64,000 bases of DNA from an uncultured candidate division Zixibacteria bacterium. Lineage in GTDB: Bacteria; Zixibacteria; MSB-5A5; GN15; FEB-12. The notes under the pieces were generated by a model. The model was given only the letters and a program-made list of their open reading frames with translations. It was not told the DNA's origin and did no database searches. A program made the translations under genes and the position numbers. Every line of letters starts with the position of its first letter. Within the stretch, counting starts at the first letter, position 1. This document shows, one piece after another, positions 9,681-19,741 of this stretch. The stretch spans positions 2,944,001 through 3,008,000 of the forward strand of contig OY760907.1 in assembly GCA_963664195.1 (NCBI GenBank), in the 5' to 3' direction.

Positions 9681-10286
9681 ATGCCCAGACTTCCGGCCCG
9701 CGTGGCCGTCTTTCTCTCCGGTGGCGGAACCGGCTTCCAGTCGCTCGTCGACGCGACCAAAAACGGTGCGCTGTCAGCTGATATCGTCTGGGTTGTCTCC
9801 AGTTCAAAAAAGGCGTTTGGACTTGAACGTGCCGCACGCGAAGGGATTGAGTCATTCGTCTATCGCCCGAAGAAGTACTACAGCCCGGAAGCTGCCGCAG
9901 AAGACCTGATGGCACAACTCAAAGAGAAGCAGGTTGACTACATTGCTCTTTCCGGTTACCTGAAACTGTTGCCCGCAAACGTAGTAAGAGCCTTCAAAGG
10001 ACGTATCACGAACATCCACCCCGCCCTGTTGCCCAAACACGGTGGCAAAGGTATGTACGGCATCAATGTGCACCGAGCGGTACTCGACTCGGGGGATAAA
10101 GAGACCGGTCCGACGATCCACCTGGTTGATGAAATCTACGATCACGGGAAAATCCTGGCACAGGTCAGGATTCCCGTTAGCCACAACGAAACGGCCGAGG
10201 AACTCGCGGCGCGGGTTCTGGTCGAAGAACACAAACTGTATCCTGCTACTCTGGAAAAACTTATCAGAGGTGACTATGAACTCTAA
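9681..10286 (+). CDS. purN: Phosphoribosylglycinamide formyltransferase
   Basis: SGGGT, NIHPALLP..GG.GMYG..VH, GPTIHLVD..YDHG. Confidence 0.95.
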   Translation: MPRLPARVAVFLSGGGTGFQSLVDATKNGALSADIVWVVSSSKKAFGLERAAREGIESFVYRPKKYYSPEAAAEDLMAQLKEKQVDYIALSGYLKLLPANVVRAFKGRITNIHPALLPKHGGKGMYGINVHRAVLDSGDKETGPTIHLVDEIYDHGKILAQVRIPVSHNETAEELAARVLVEEHKLYPATLEKLIRGDYEL

Positions 10287-11187
10287 CATGACCAATACGG
10301 TAATGACTACGGATATCAAAGAATATCCGCTCGTCCGTCGCGGCAAAGTACGCGACATATACGACCTCGGCGACCGACTATTGTTTATCGCCACCGACCG
10401 CATCTCGGCCTTCGATGTCGTGATGCCGAACGGTATCCCCGGCAAGGGACGAGTGCTGACTCAAACATCGCTGTTCTGGTTCGACCATCTGAAAGATGTG
10501 GTTGACAACCATCTCATCACCGCCAATATCGATGAGTACCCGGAAGACCTGCGCAAGTATCGTGACGAACTCGACGGCCGGTCGATGATCGTCGTCAAGG
10601 CTGACCGTATCGACATTGAGTGCATCGTGCGCGGCTACATTTCAGGTTCCATGTGGAAGGAACTGCTCGCGGCCCGCAAGGCCGGATCGAATATTGTGCA
10701 CGGCTTCGAGTTTGCTCCCGATTTGCGGGAATCGGAAAAGCTTCCGAAGGCGCTGTTTACGCCATCGTCCAAAAACGATGACGGTCACGACGAAAACATC
10801 AGTTACGATACGATGGTCAATCAGGTTGGCAAAGAGACCGCCGAACTGTGTCGTGATAAATCGCTCGCGGTATATAAATCAGCCGCCGACTATGCTCTGA
10901 CCAAGGGAATCATCATCGCGGACACCAAGTTTGAATTTGGATTCAGAGACGGGAAGTTCATCCTGATCGACGAGGTCCTGTCGCCGGATTCCAGCCGCTT
11001 CTGGCCGGTTGACAAATACGAAGTCGGCAAGGGGCAGCCCTCGTTTGACAAACAGCCGGTTCGCGACTATCTCAGTTCACTTGGCTGGGACAAAAAGCCA
11101 CCAGCACCGGAACTTCCGGAAGAAGCCGTTCTGGCCTCTTCCAAGCGGTATTTCGAAGCCCAGAAACTCCTGACCGGGAAAGAATAA
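10276..11187 (+). CDS. purC: SAICAR synthase
   Basis: RGKVRDIY, TDRISAFD, ECIVRGY, IADTKFEFG, DEVLSPDSSRFW; start at ATG 10276 after GAGGTG. Confidence 0.96.
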   Translation: MNSNMTNTVMTTDIKEYPLVRRGKVRDIYDLGDRLLFIATDRISAFDVVMPNGIPGKGRVLTQTSLFWFDHLKDVVDNHLITANIDEYPEDLRKYRDELDGRSMIVVKADRIDIECIVRGYISGSMWKELLAARKAGSNIVHGFEFAPDLRESEKLPKALFTPSSKNDDGHDENISYDTMVNQVGKETAELCRDKSLAVYKSAADYALTKGIIIADTKFEFGFRDGKFILIDEVLSPDSSRFWPVDKYEVGKGQPSFDKQPVRDYLSSLGWDKKPPAPELPEEAVLASSKRYFEAQKLLTGKE

Positions 11188-11188
11188 G

Positions 11189-12778
11189 ATGACGGATGCT
11201 GGAAAGATAAGAAGAGCGCTGATATCGGTTTCTGACAAGACCGGCGTGGTCGAACTCGCCGCCGCACTTGAGAAACTCGGTGTCGAGATAATCTCCACCG
11301 GGGGAACGCTGAGAAAACTGCGCGAGGCCGACATTCACGCAATTTCGGTCCCGACTTTCACCGGCAGCCCCGAAGTAATGGACGGGCGCGTCAAAACGCT
11401 GCACCCGAAAATCCACGCCGGACTGTTGTTTCGTCGCGACAACCCCAAAGACGTCGAAGAACTGGCCGAGTTGGACTCACGGGGAATAGACCTCGTGGTG
11501 ACGAATCTGTATCCGTTCCAGGAAACGGTCGCCCGTGAAGATGCAACCCATTCAGAGATCATCGAGAACATCGATATCGGCGGTCCCTCGATGCTTCGCT
11601 CTGCCGCGAAGAACTACGCCAGCGTGACAGTGGTCGTCGATCCTTCAGACTACGGATCGTTGCTTGATCAGCTGAAGGAAAACGATGGCGCTACGACGCC
11701 TGAATTCCGCCAGCGTTGCGCCTCCAAAGTGTTCGCGCTGACTGCCGAGTATGAGGCGGCAATAGCAGCTTACTTCGCCCATGCCAGGGTACCGGAGGGA
11801 CCGAAAGAGGAGAGCGCACCGGTGTCTCCCAAAGAGCTAAACCTGACCTATGTTCACGCCTCTTCGCTGCGGTATGGCGAGAATCCTCATCAAAAAGCCT
11901 CTGTGTATGCCATGCCGGGTTTCACAAACGCGACACTTCTCAACGGTGAAATCCTTTCCGGCAAAGAGCTTTCGTACAATAACTACGGTGACCTCGACGC
12001 TTGCCTTGACATGCTGCTGGATTTCGACCAGCCGTTTGCCTGCTTGCTGAAACATGCCAATCCGTGCGGTGCCGCTATCGGGAACTCGCTGGCTGAGGCT
12101 TACGATCGCGCCTATGAAAGTGATCCGCTCTCGGCTTTTGGCTGCATTATCGGATTGAACCGCGAGGTCGATCTGGAATGTGCCGAGCTTCTCCATAAAA
12201 CGCACTTCGTCGAGTGTATGCTGGCTCCGGGATTCACGCCGGAGGCCGTCAAGCTATTGAAGAAGAAGAAAGCACGCCGGATTTTGGCGCTGCCGGAAAT
12301 CGCCAATGGCCGCCCCAAGGGCGAAGTCGTTTACAAGTTCATCAGGGGTGGACTGCTCGTACAATCGGCCGATGAACACGTGCTTGATCCTACCGAACTG
12401 AAGATCGTGACCAAACGCCAGCCAACCGAGCAGGAGATGAAAGACCTGTTGTTTGCCTGGACCGTTGTTAAGCACACCAAATCAAACGCGATTGTCCTGG
12501 CAAAAGACGGCGCCACGGTGGGTGTCGGGATGGGGCAGACCTCCCGCGTCGACTCGGGGTTTATGGCGGTCAAACGGGCCGGGGACAGGGCCAAAGGTTC
12601 AGTCATGGCCTCCGATGCTTTTTACCCGATGCCGGATGGTGTCGAAATCGGCACCGATGCCGGTGTGACGGCCATAATCCAGCCGGGTGGCTCGAAGGGC
12701 GACGAGGACGCTATTGCTGCCGCCGATAAGGCCGACGCCGCAATGGTGTTCACCGGAATACGGCACTTCAAGCATTAG
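11189..12778 (+). CDS. purH: Bifunctional AICAR transformylase/IMP cyclohydrolase
   Basis: [45 protein letters not shown]. Confidence 0.97.
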   Translation: MTDAGKIRRALISVSDKTGVVELAAALEKLGVEIISTGGTLRKLREADIHAISVPTFTGSPEVMDGRVKTLHPKIHAGLLFRRDNPKDVEELAELDSRGIDLVVTNLYPFQETVAREDATHSEIIENIDIGGPSMLRSAAKNYASVTVVVDPSDYGSLLDQLKENDGATTPEFRQRCASKVFALTAEYEAAIAAYFAHARVPEGPKEESAPVSPKELNLTYVHASSLRYGENPHQKASVYAMPGFTNATLLNGEILSGKELSYNNYGDLDACLDMLLDFDQPFACLLKHANPCGAAIGNSLAEAYDRAYESDPLSAFGCIIGLNREVDLECAELLHKTHFVECMLAPGFTPEAVKLLKKKKARRILALPEIANGRPKGEVVYKFIRGGLLVQSADEHVLDPTELKIVTKRQPTEQEMKDLLFAWTVVKHTKSNAIVLAKDGATVGVGMGQTSRVDSGFMAVKRAGDRAKGSVMASDAFYPMPDGVEIGTDAGVTAIIQPGGSKGDEDAIAAADKADAAMVFTGIRHFKH

Positions 12779-12838
12779 ACGGGCGGTGCGGCCTGAAGAT
12801 CAAGCCGTAACCTACCGATAGATAACAATATCCTCTGA

Positions 12839-12872
12839 GGACGGGGCAGGGAGACCTGCCCCGCCTTTTTTT
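12839..12872 (+). terminator. Intrinsic terminator after purH
   Basis: cggggcagg-gaga-cctgccccg stem followed by T7. Confidence 0.8.
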
Positions 12873-12922
12873 GGGATAAAGAGCACCATTGGTTCTTGAA
12901 ACCGAGATAAACAGGCCTTGAA

Positions 12923-13984
12923 ATGACTGATGATAGACCGACCAAAACCAGCCGACTTGTGATACCGATCTGCTGCCTGATCCTGATTGTCTGTCTGGGC
13001 GCCAGCGTATCCTCGCTGCCAAGACTGGCAGTGGAACACGCCGCCAATTGCGGGATCTGCCATGTCGACCCGAACGGGGGAGGTATGCGCAATGAATTTG
13101 GCAATCAATCCATCGCGCTGCAGGAGCTGTGTTTCCCACAGACAAAGAGACTGGTCGAAGACAAGGCCACCTCACCTGTAGTAAGTGAGGCGTTGCAAGT
13201 CGGATTCGACTTCAGGCATACGCTTGATGATAACGGCACGTTCACTCGTGAGCAGACCGATGCCTACGTCAGCGTTCGCCCGCTCAGGATGTTCTCCTAC
13301 CAGATTCGCGTGGACAAAGAGGGATTGTCGGAGAACTATGCCCTTCTGTGGCTGCATGGTCAGGACTATTTCATCAAGGCCGGTCGGTTTCAGCCGACAT
13401 TTGGATTGCAGAATATCGACAGCTATGCGTTCAACCGCAGGCTCACCGGGAATCGGCGGGAGATGTATCTCGACGGCCTCTCTGTTGGAGGCGAGTTCTT
13501 TGACGTGCTGAATGTCTCGGCGGAAGTATTCAACACCAATGACCGGGATGTGTTTGGTTTCCGTCTCTACGCTCCCTGGAAACTGGGACCGTTCAGCTGT
13601 ATGGCGGGGACATCGTTACGTCTGGCGAAGAAGCTGGACGGCAGCTACGGTGATTTTCCTCACGCCAAAGCCGTCTTCGGCGGACTGTCGTTTGGACCGT
13701 TCACCGCAATGGGTGAACTTGATCTGGTCGGTCAGTCCAATGATACGCTGATCACCTACGGGGCACTGACCGTCGGGATTATGCACGGTCTGTATTTGCA
13801 GGGGGAGTATGATTTCTTCGACGGTGACCGTCGCTATGCCGGGGGCGTTGATGAATTCTTCCGCGTGGGATTGGATCTGTATCCGCTCCCGTTTGTAGAA
13901 CTGAGACCGGAGTATACGCGGCACACGCGGGGATACCGTGAAAACGAGGATGATTTCCTGCTCCGGTTGCATGTAGGATACTAA
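12923..13984 (+). CDS. Outer-membrane beta-barrel with N-terminal c-type heme motif (Cyc2-like cytochrome-porin fusion)
   Basis: Signal peptide, then LPRLA....CGICHVDPNGGGMRNEFG; porin-like KAGRFQPTFG; amphipathic strands; C-terminal LRLHVGY beta-signal. Confidence 0.7.
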   Translation: MTDDRPTKTSRLVIPICCLILIVCLGASVSSLPRLAVEHAANCGICHVDPNGGGMRNEFGNQSIALQELCFPQTKRLVEDKATSPVVSEALQVGFDFRHTLDDNGTFTREQTDAYVSVRPLRMFSYQIRVDKEGLSENYALLWLHGQDYFIKAGRFQPTFGLQNIDSYAFNRRLTGNRREMYLDGLSVGGEFFDVLNVSAEVFNTNDRDVFGFRLYAPWKLGPFSCMAGTSLRLAKKLDGSYGDFPHAKAVFGGLSFGPFTAMGELDLVGQSNDTLITYGALTVGIMHGLYLQGEYDFFDGDRRYAGGVDEFFRVGLDLYPLPFVELRPEYTRHTRGYRENEDDFLLRLHVGY

Positions 13985-14027
13985 CCGGACAAGTGGTTTA
14001 GCATATGCCCGTTGCAGAGAGTGACTT

Positions 14028-14804
14028 ATGGTCAAGACCTCAAAGATATTCAAGATAGCCTTCGCGGTTGTTTGTGTGGCCGGCTGGATATACGGCTGCT
14101 CCGATTCAGGAACAGAGCCGGTTGACAACCCGACTCTGCCGACGATTGCAATTGATGACCAATCGGTAATCGAAGGCAATACCGCGCTGTTCAACGTTTC
14201 CCTGAGTGAGGCTGGCGATGAGGCCGTGGTGTTTAACTACACAACATCAGACGTGACCGCTATCGCACCGGCTGACTACATCACAGCTACCGGTACTGAC
14301 ACAATCCCGGCCGGCACGGTTGCCACGACAATCCTGGTTGCCACGATTGACGACGGCAGTGTCGAGGCTCAGGAAGTTTTCTCTATTGCGATTTCCAACA
14401 TCACGGGCGCCACGCTAACCGACAGCGAGGGGTTGGGGACGATTGTCGATAACGATGTTGCCGGAGTGAGTTTCGAGAGCGATGTCAAACCGATTTTGCA
14501 GGTTTCTTGTGCAATTGCAGTCATGTGTCACGGTGCCGGGAGCAATCCTCGAGGCGGTTTGCTGATGGATCCGCTCACTCGCAACACGCTCGTAAACGCC
14601 ACCGGTACCAACACTCGTTTCATTGTAGCAGACAGCCACGTCGTTCAGATGGGCGACAGCCGGAACAGCACGCTTTACACCAAAACAACCGACAGTCTGG
14701 TGCCATTTGGATCACGGATGCCGCCGACCGTTCAGCCCTATCTCACCAGCCAGGAACAGCAGAAAATCAAGGATTGGATCGACGAAGGAGCGCTGGACAA
14801 CTGA
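14028..14804 (+). CDS. Lipoprotein with Calx-beta domain and planctomycete-type cytochrome c domain
   Basis: Lipobox IYGC; Calx-beta (IDD.SV.EG..., DY, TIDD..VE..E.F, TIVDND); FESDVKPIL..SCAIAVMCHG...MPP...L...E...IKDWIDEGA. Confidence 0.72.
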   Translation: MVKTSKIFKIAFAVVCVAGWIYGCSDSGTEPVDNPTLPTIAIDDQSVIEGNTALFNVSLSEAGDEAVVFNYTTSDVTAIAPADYITATGTDTIPAGTVATTILVATIDDGSVEAQEVFSIAISNITGATLTDSEGLGTIVDNDVAGVSFESDVKPILQVSCAIAVMCHGAGSNPRGGLLMDPLTRNTLVNATGTNTRFIVADSHVVQMGDSRNSTLYTKTTDSLVPFGSRMPPTVQPYLTSQEQQKIKDWIDEGALDN

Positions 14805-14983
14805 AGGCTGTTTCTGCAGCACTTTAGATCGGTGGTGGAGCGCATTGGTAGACAGTATGTTACACCGATTCCGCTTCTGGCGTTTGTGCCGTAACGGATC
14901 AGAGTACTGGTTTTCACGCGGTTATAACTTGCGCCTTTGGGCAAACCGGATTATCTTGCCCGAGGTTAACCTGAAGTTGAGGT

Positions 14984-15463
14984 ATGGTAGTGGATTCGAG
15001 AGTTCTTGAGATTGTATTTTTCCTGATGGACAGCTTTGAGGAATCCGATGACCAATGGTCAAGTGTTTCCGAGTTCTCGTCTGAATTGAAGAATCTTGGC
15101 TACACCGAAGAAGAGATTTCTACGGCTTATACCTGGGTGCTGGAGCACATGGGGACGAGCGGTGACAATCTGTATTCTGCCTTTCCCAATAAGCCCGGTG
15201 GCAGCCGAATTCTCACCGACTCCGAGCGTGCAAGGCTGTCTACCGATGCTCACGGCTTCATGCTCAAGCTGCTCAATCTCGGCCTCCTGAACAGCGAACA
15301 GTTTGAAAACATCCTCGACCGCGTGGAGTCTTTCGGCACCCGCATGATTACCGGCGAACAGGTTCGGCTGATCGCCTCGGCTGTTATGTCCAGCGAGTTT
15401 GGTGATCTGGAACGCGGGATGCTTGATGATTCCGAAATGGATCTGACCGGCCAAATCAACTGA
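14984..15463 (+). CDS. smg: Smg/DUF494 family protein
   Basis: RVLEIVFFL, L.NLGY..EEI..AY.W, RIL.DSE...L...AHGF...L..LGLL....E. Confidence 0.75.
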   Translation: MVVDSRVLEIVFFLMDSFEESDDQWSSVSEFSSELKNLGYTEEEISTAYTWVLEHMGTSGDNLYSAFPNKPGGSRILTDSERARLSTDAHGFMLKLLNLGLLNSEQFENILDRVESFGTRMITGEQVRLIASAVMSSEFGDLERGMLDDSEMDLTGQIN

Positions 15464-15464
15464 G

Positions 15465-16688
15465 ATGTCCTTACAGGGTAAGAAAGTTCTCGTCGGGCTG
15501 ACCGGGGGGATAGCCTGCTACAAGGTTCCGTACCTCGTGCGCGATCTGATGCGTCAGGGTGCCGAAGTGCGCGTCATGATGACGAAATCCGCCACAAAGT
15601 TTATCACTCCTCTCACGCTCGAAACCGTGTCCGGCTATCCGGTAGCGGTTGACATGTTTCCCGAAAGGGAGTTCGTCGGCACCAGACATATCGATCTGGC
15701 CAACTGGCCTGATGTGGTTGTAATCGCTCCTGCCACCGCGAATTTCTTTGGCAAGATTGCCTCCGGCGTGACAGATGATCTCCTGACAACAGTTGTTATC
15801 GCCTCGCCTGTACCTGTGATGGTGGCTCCGGCCATGAATCCCCAGATGTGGCAACACCCGACTACAAAGCGCAACGCGGCCTATTTCAGAGAGATCGGTT
15901 ACGAGGTAGTAGGACCCGCCGAGGGCGACATGGCTTGCGATCATGTAGGCATCGGGCGGATGGTCGAACCGAGAGAGATTCTGGCCGCAATCGAACGCCT
16001 GCTCGGCAAAAAAAAAAGCGTACCAACCAATCAAACGAAGGCAGTCCTGACCGGGAAGAGACTCCTGATCACCGCCGGACCCTGCCGCGAACCAATAGAC
16101 CCCGTTAGATACATCTCCAATCGATCCTCAGGCAAAATGGGTTATGCCCTTGCCGAGGCCGCGGTACAGCTTGGTGCCACAGTGACCCTTGTCTCCGGTC
16201 CCAGTCGTTTGAGTGCACCGTCAGGTGTTGATTTTGTCCCGGTTGAGACCACAGATCAAATGTACCAGGCTGTCTCTCAGCGATTTCCCGATACCCACTA
16301 CCTGATCATGGCCGCCGCGCCGGCCGATTTCGCGCCTTCCCAGGCGGCCGCCCACAAAATCAAGAAGCAACAGGCCGAAATGCAGCTCTCTTTGTCACCA
16401 ACTGTCGACATCCTCAAGGCGATGGGGGAACGCAAGAAAGACGGTCAGGTGCTGATCGGCTTCGCGCTGGAGACAGATGACGGGATTGCCAACGCCCGCA
16501 GAAAGCTCAAGGCCAAGAATCTCGACATGATCGTGCTGAACAATCCCCTCGATGCCAATTCGGCCTTCGATCACGATACCAACAAGGTCACGATTATTCA
16601 ACCTGAGGGTGACCCGGAAGAGTGGCCGCTTGATAACAAGTCCAACGTAGCGTTCAAATTGCTTGAAAAGATTGCCGGGATGGCTTAA
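15465..16688 (+). CDS. coaBC: Bifunctional phosphopantothenoylcysteine decarboxylase/ligase
   Basis: GLTGGIACYK, HIDLA, APATAN, PAMN, ITAGPCREPIDPVRYISNRSSGKMG, GFALET. Confidence 0.96.
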   Translation: MSLQGKKVLVGLTGGIACYKVPYLVRDLMRQGAEVRVMMTKSATKFITPLTLETVSGYPVAVDMFPEREFVGTRHIDLANWPDVVVIAPATANFFGKIASGVTDDLLTTVVIASPVPVMVAPAMNPQMWQHPTTKRNAAYFREIGYEVVGPAEGDMACDHVGIGRMVEPREILAAIERLLGKKKSVPTNQTKAVLTGKRLLITAGPCREPIDPVRYISNRSSGKMGYALAEAAVQLGATVTLVSGPSRLSAPSGVDFVPVETTDQMYQAVSQRFPDTHYLIMAAAPADFAPSQAAAHKIKKQQAEMQLSLSPTVDILKAMGERKKDGQVLIGFALETDDGIANARRKLKAKNLDMIVLNNPLDANSAFDHDTNKVTIIQPEGDPEEWPLDNKSNVAFKLLEKIAGMA

Positions 16689-16712
16689 CTTGCACACACC
16701 GCAGGAGGTAGT

Positions 16713-17495
16713 GTGAGCAAGGAACAGCCTGATACCCTACATGAGATGTTGCGTAGTGCCGTCGCTTTCCAGGTCGAGAACGGTTTGGGGGAGATGATCG
16801 TTGCGAGCGACAGTCCTGGCAAGCAGGCAGCCGCTGACCTCTGCGCGAACATAGAAAGCTACGCCCTCGTATCGGAGACGACAGGAATGGCCACAGGACG
16901 TGAACTGCAAGATACCGCACTGCTGACGCCCGATAAAGAATACTCGTCCCTCGAAGAGCACCGCAAGGCTATCTGCACCTGCACCAACTGCTCGCTGGGA
17001 GAGACACGAATCAAATTCGTCTACGGAGCCGGCAATCCTAACGCCGACCTGATGTTTGTCGGTGAGGCTCCGGGTGCTGATGAAGATCGACAGGGGGAAC
17101 CGTTTGTCGGACGCGCCGGGCAGCTTCTGACCAAGATCATTACGGCGATGGAGTTCGAGCGGGAAGACGTTTATATCGCCAACATCCTGAAATGCCGTCC
17201 CCCGGGCAACCGCGACCCGCAACCGGATGAAATGGCACAGTGCTTTCCGTACCTTCGCCAGCAGGTCCGGCTGGTGAAACCGAAACTGATCTGCGCACTT
17301 GGTAGAATCGCCGTGCAGGCGATGCTCCAGACAACGACACCGCTCGGCCGTCTGCGCAATCAATGGCACGAATTCGAGGGCACCCCGCTTCTGGCAACCT
17401 ATCATCCGGCGGCACTGCTCCGATTCCCGAAATACAAGCACGACACATGGGCCGACATGCAACTGATCATGGCCCGCCTGAAAGAAATGAAATAA
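16713..17495 (+). CDS. Uracil-DNA glycosylase family 4 (Fe-S)
   Basis: [38 protein letters not shown]. Confidence 0.92.
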   Translation: MSKEQPDTLHEMLRSAVAFQVENGLGEMIVASDSPGKQAAADLCANIESYALVSETTGMATGRELQDTALLTPDKEYSSLEEHRKAICTCTNCSLGETRIKFVYGAGNPNADLMFVGEAPGADEDRQGEPFVGRAGQLLTKIITAMEFEREDVYIANILKCRPPGNRDPQPDEMAQCFPYLRQQVRLVKPKLICALGRIAVQAMLQTTTPLGRLRNQWHEFEGTPLLATYHPAALLRFPKYKHDTWADMQLIMARLKEMK

Positions 17496-17500
17496 CCCGT

Positions 17501-18949
17501 ATGGCCTATCGTCAGCGTTCTGAGAAAAGAGACAGCAGCCGGTTTGAACCGCCCCATTCACTTGAGGCGGAACGAGCCGTTATCGGCGCTATCCTCAAGA
17601 ACGACGAGGCTATGAACCGGGTCATCGAGATACTTCGCGACCCGCAGGATTTCTACGTTCCCAAACATCAGTTGATCTACCGAACCGCTCTCGAATTGTA
17701 CGACAAGACGGAGCCGTGCGATGTTTCCACGCTCTCGATTGCGATGCAAAAAAAGGGCGTGCTGGACAAGATCGGTGGCCGGACGTATCTCGTGGAACTG
17801 GTAGAAGAGGTTGCCTCAACCGGCAACGTTGCCTCTTATGCGCACGCTGTCATGGAAACCGGCGTCATTCGTCGGTTGATTTCTACATCGAATGAGATCG
17901 TCGAAAGCTGCTATGCCTCGGAGCTTCCGGTCGAACAACTGTTGGATGAGGCTGAGTCGAATATTTTCCAGCTATCTGAGAGTCGATTGCGTCAGGGGTT
18001 CACACCGATTCGGGACTTGATCGACGGTCAGATGCAACAGATTGAGGACATGCAGAACGACGACGGAGCCATGGTCGGTATGGCCACCGGTTTCGTCGAT
18101 CTCGACAGCAAAACGCTCGGCCTTCACGGGGGAGACCTTGTCATTGTGGCCGGCCGACCTTCAATGGGCAAGACGTCGCTGGCGATGAACATCGCCGAGA
18201 ATATGGCCACCGACGAAAAGAACCCTCGCACGGTCGGCATCTTCTCTCTGGAAATGTCCAAGGAGTCGCTGGTGCTTCGCATGCTCTGTGGTCGGGCGCG
18301 ACTCAATCAACATAAGGTCCGTTCGGGCAAGCTCAACGATAACGAATGGCGACGCCTTCCCATTGCCGGCGGAGCGCTCACGAATACGAATATCCTTGTC
18401 GATGACTCCCCGAGTCTGTCTCCGCTGGAATTGCGTGCGAAGGCGCGTCGTTTGAAAGCCCAGCAGCACGGTCTGGACTTGATCATCGTCGACTACATCC
18501 AGTTAATGCATTCATCGGTCAGGACAGAGAACCGGCAGCAGGAAATATCGCAGATTACGCGCAATCTGAAGGCCGTCGCCAAGGAGTTGAACGTTCCGGT
18601 GATGGCTCTTTCGCAGCTTTCTCGCGCCGTGGAACAACGCGGCGGGGAGAAACGTCCGCAGTTGGCTGACCTGCGCGAGTCAGGCGCTATCGAGCAGGAT
18701 GCCGATCTTGTGCTGATGCTCTACCGTGAGGAGTTCTATCTCTCGCACCTTGATCGCAACGATCCGAAATTCCTGGAGGCTCAGGGACGTTCGGAAGTCA
18801 TCATTGCCAAGCAGCGAAACGGCCCGACAGGAGTTGTCAAACTCAATTTCATCAGCGAATTGGCCCGGTTTGAAAATCTAAGTCAGAGACCCGATGACCT
18901 CCCGCCGAATGTCACACCGGTTGGTGGGGGCGAGGTCTCACCGTTCTAG
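17501..18949 (+). CDS. dnaB: Replicative DNA helicase
   Basis: PPHSLEAE..V.G, AGRPSMGKT, DYIQLM, LSQLSR, DLRESGAIEQDAD, KQRNGP; start taken at MAYRQ. Confidence 0.97.
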   Translation: MAYRQRSEKRDSSRFEPPHSLEAERAVIGAILKNDEAMNRVIEILRDPQDFYVPKHQLIYRTALELYDKTEPCDVSTLSIAMQKKGVLDKIGGRTYLVELVEEVASTGNVASYAHAVMETGVIRRLISTSNEIVESCYASELPVEQLLDEAESNIFQLSESRLRQGFTPIRDLIDGQMQQIEDMQNDDGAMVGMATGFVDLDSKTLGLHGGDLVIVAGRPSMGKTSLAMNIAENMATDEKNPRTVGIFSLEMSKESLVLRMLCGRARLNQHKVRSGKLNDNEWRRLPIAGGALTNTNILVDDSPSLSPLELRAKARRLKAQQHGLDLIIVDYIQLMHSSVRTENRQQEISQITRNLKAVAKELNVPVMALSQLSRAVEQRGGEKRPQLADLRESGAIEQDADLVLMLYREEFYLSHLDRNDPKFLEAQGRSEVIIAKQRNGPTGVVKLNFISELARFENLSQRPDDLPPNVTPVGGGEVSPF

Positions 18950-18957
18950 GAGAGTAG

Positions 18958-19737
18958 ATGAACTTAGGATTAGCGGTAATAGGCCGTCGCGGGGTAAGAT
19001 TCATCAATGCCGTTGGCGGTCTGTGTCTGCTTTTGGGCAAGTTCGTCATATCACTGAAAGACGTTCATCGGTCCGGCAAGGTCATCTTCCAACAGCTCTA
19101 CGCCATTGGTGTCCGGTCGCTTCCGCTCGTTGCAGTCATTTCCGTATTTGTGGGTGCCGTGGCCGCGTGGCAGGCGGCCTACCAGTTCAAGTTTATCGGG
19201 GCGCCTCTGCGATTGCTCGGACATGCGGTCGGCAAGGCGGTCGTCATTGAGCTCGCCCCCGTGCTGACGGCGCTGGTGGTGGCGGGTCGAGTGGGAGCAG
19301 GCATCACAGCCGAACTCGGCACGATGAGAGTGACCGAGCAAATCGACGCTCTTGATTCTATGGGAATCAGCCCGATCCGTTATCTCGTTATGCCGAGAAT
19401 CCTGTCCTGTCTGTTCATGCTGCCGTTGCTCGTGTTCTTTTCCAATTTCGTTGCGATCATCGGCGGGCTGATTATTTCGGTGCTTGGTGTTGATGTTTCT
19501 TCGGAGATGTTTCTCAACGGGTTCCGGAATTCGTTCAAGTTGATGGACTTCATTAACGGCCTGATCAAAGCCGGCGTTTTTGGTTTGATCATCGGGACAG
19601 TCGGTTGCTACGAAGGGTTCCGCGCCAGGGGCGGTGCACAGGGGGTTGGCGTTGCGACCACCAACTCGGTAGTGATATCGTGTGTGCTGATTTTAGTGTT
19701 CAATTTCATTTTTGCCGTGATACTGTTCAGGATATAG
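18958..19737 (+). CDS. mlaE: MlaE-family ABC permease
   Basis: ELAPVLTAL..AGRVGA..AELGTM.VTEQIDAL..MG..P..YLV.PR. Confidence 0.93.
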   Translation: MNLGLAVIGRRGVRFINAVGGLCLLLGKFVISLKDVHRSGKVIFQQLYAIGVRSLPLVAVISVFVGAVAAWQAAYQFKFIGAPLRLLGHAVGKAVVIELAPVLTALVVAGRVGAGITAELGTMRVTEQIDALDSMGISPIRYLVMPRILSCLFMLPLLVFFSNFVAIIGGLIISVLGVDVSSEMFLNGFRNSFKLMDFINGLIKAGVFGLIIGTVGCYEGFRARGGAQGVGVATTNSVVISCVLILVFNFIFAVILFRI

Positions 19738-19741
19738 AGAG

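Noticed and set aside
10042..10275. PurC N-terminal extension
   Set aside because: Overlaps purN; an SD-supported ATG lies at 10276
17363..18949. DnaB N-terminal extension or intein
   Set aside because: Extension overlaps udg and is an upstream open frame; core length is normal with no intein motifs
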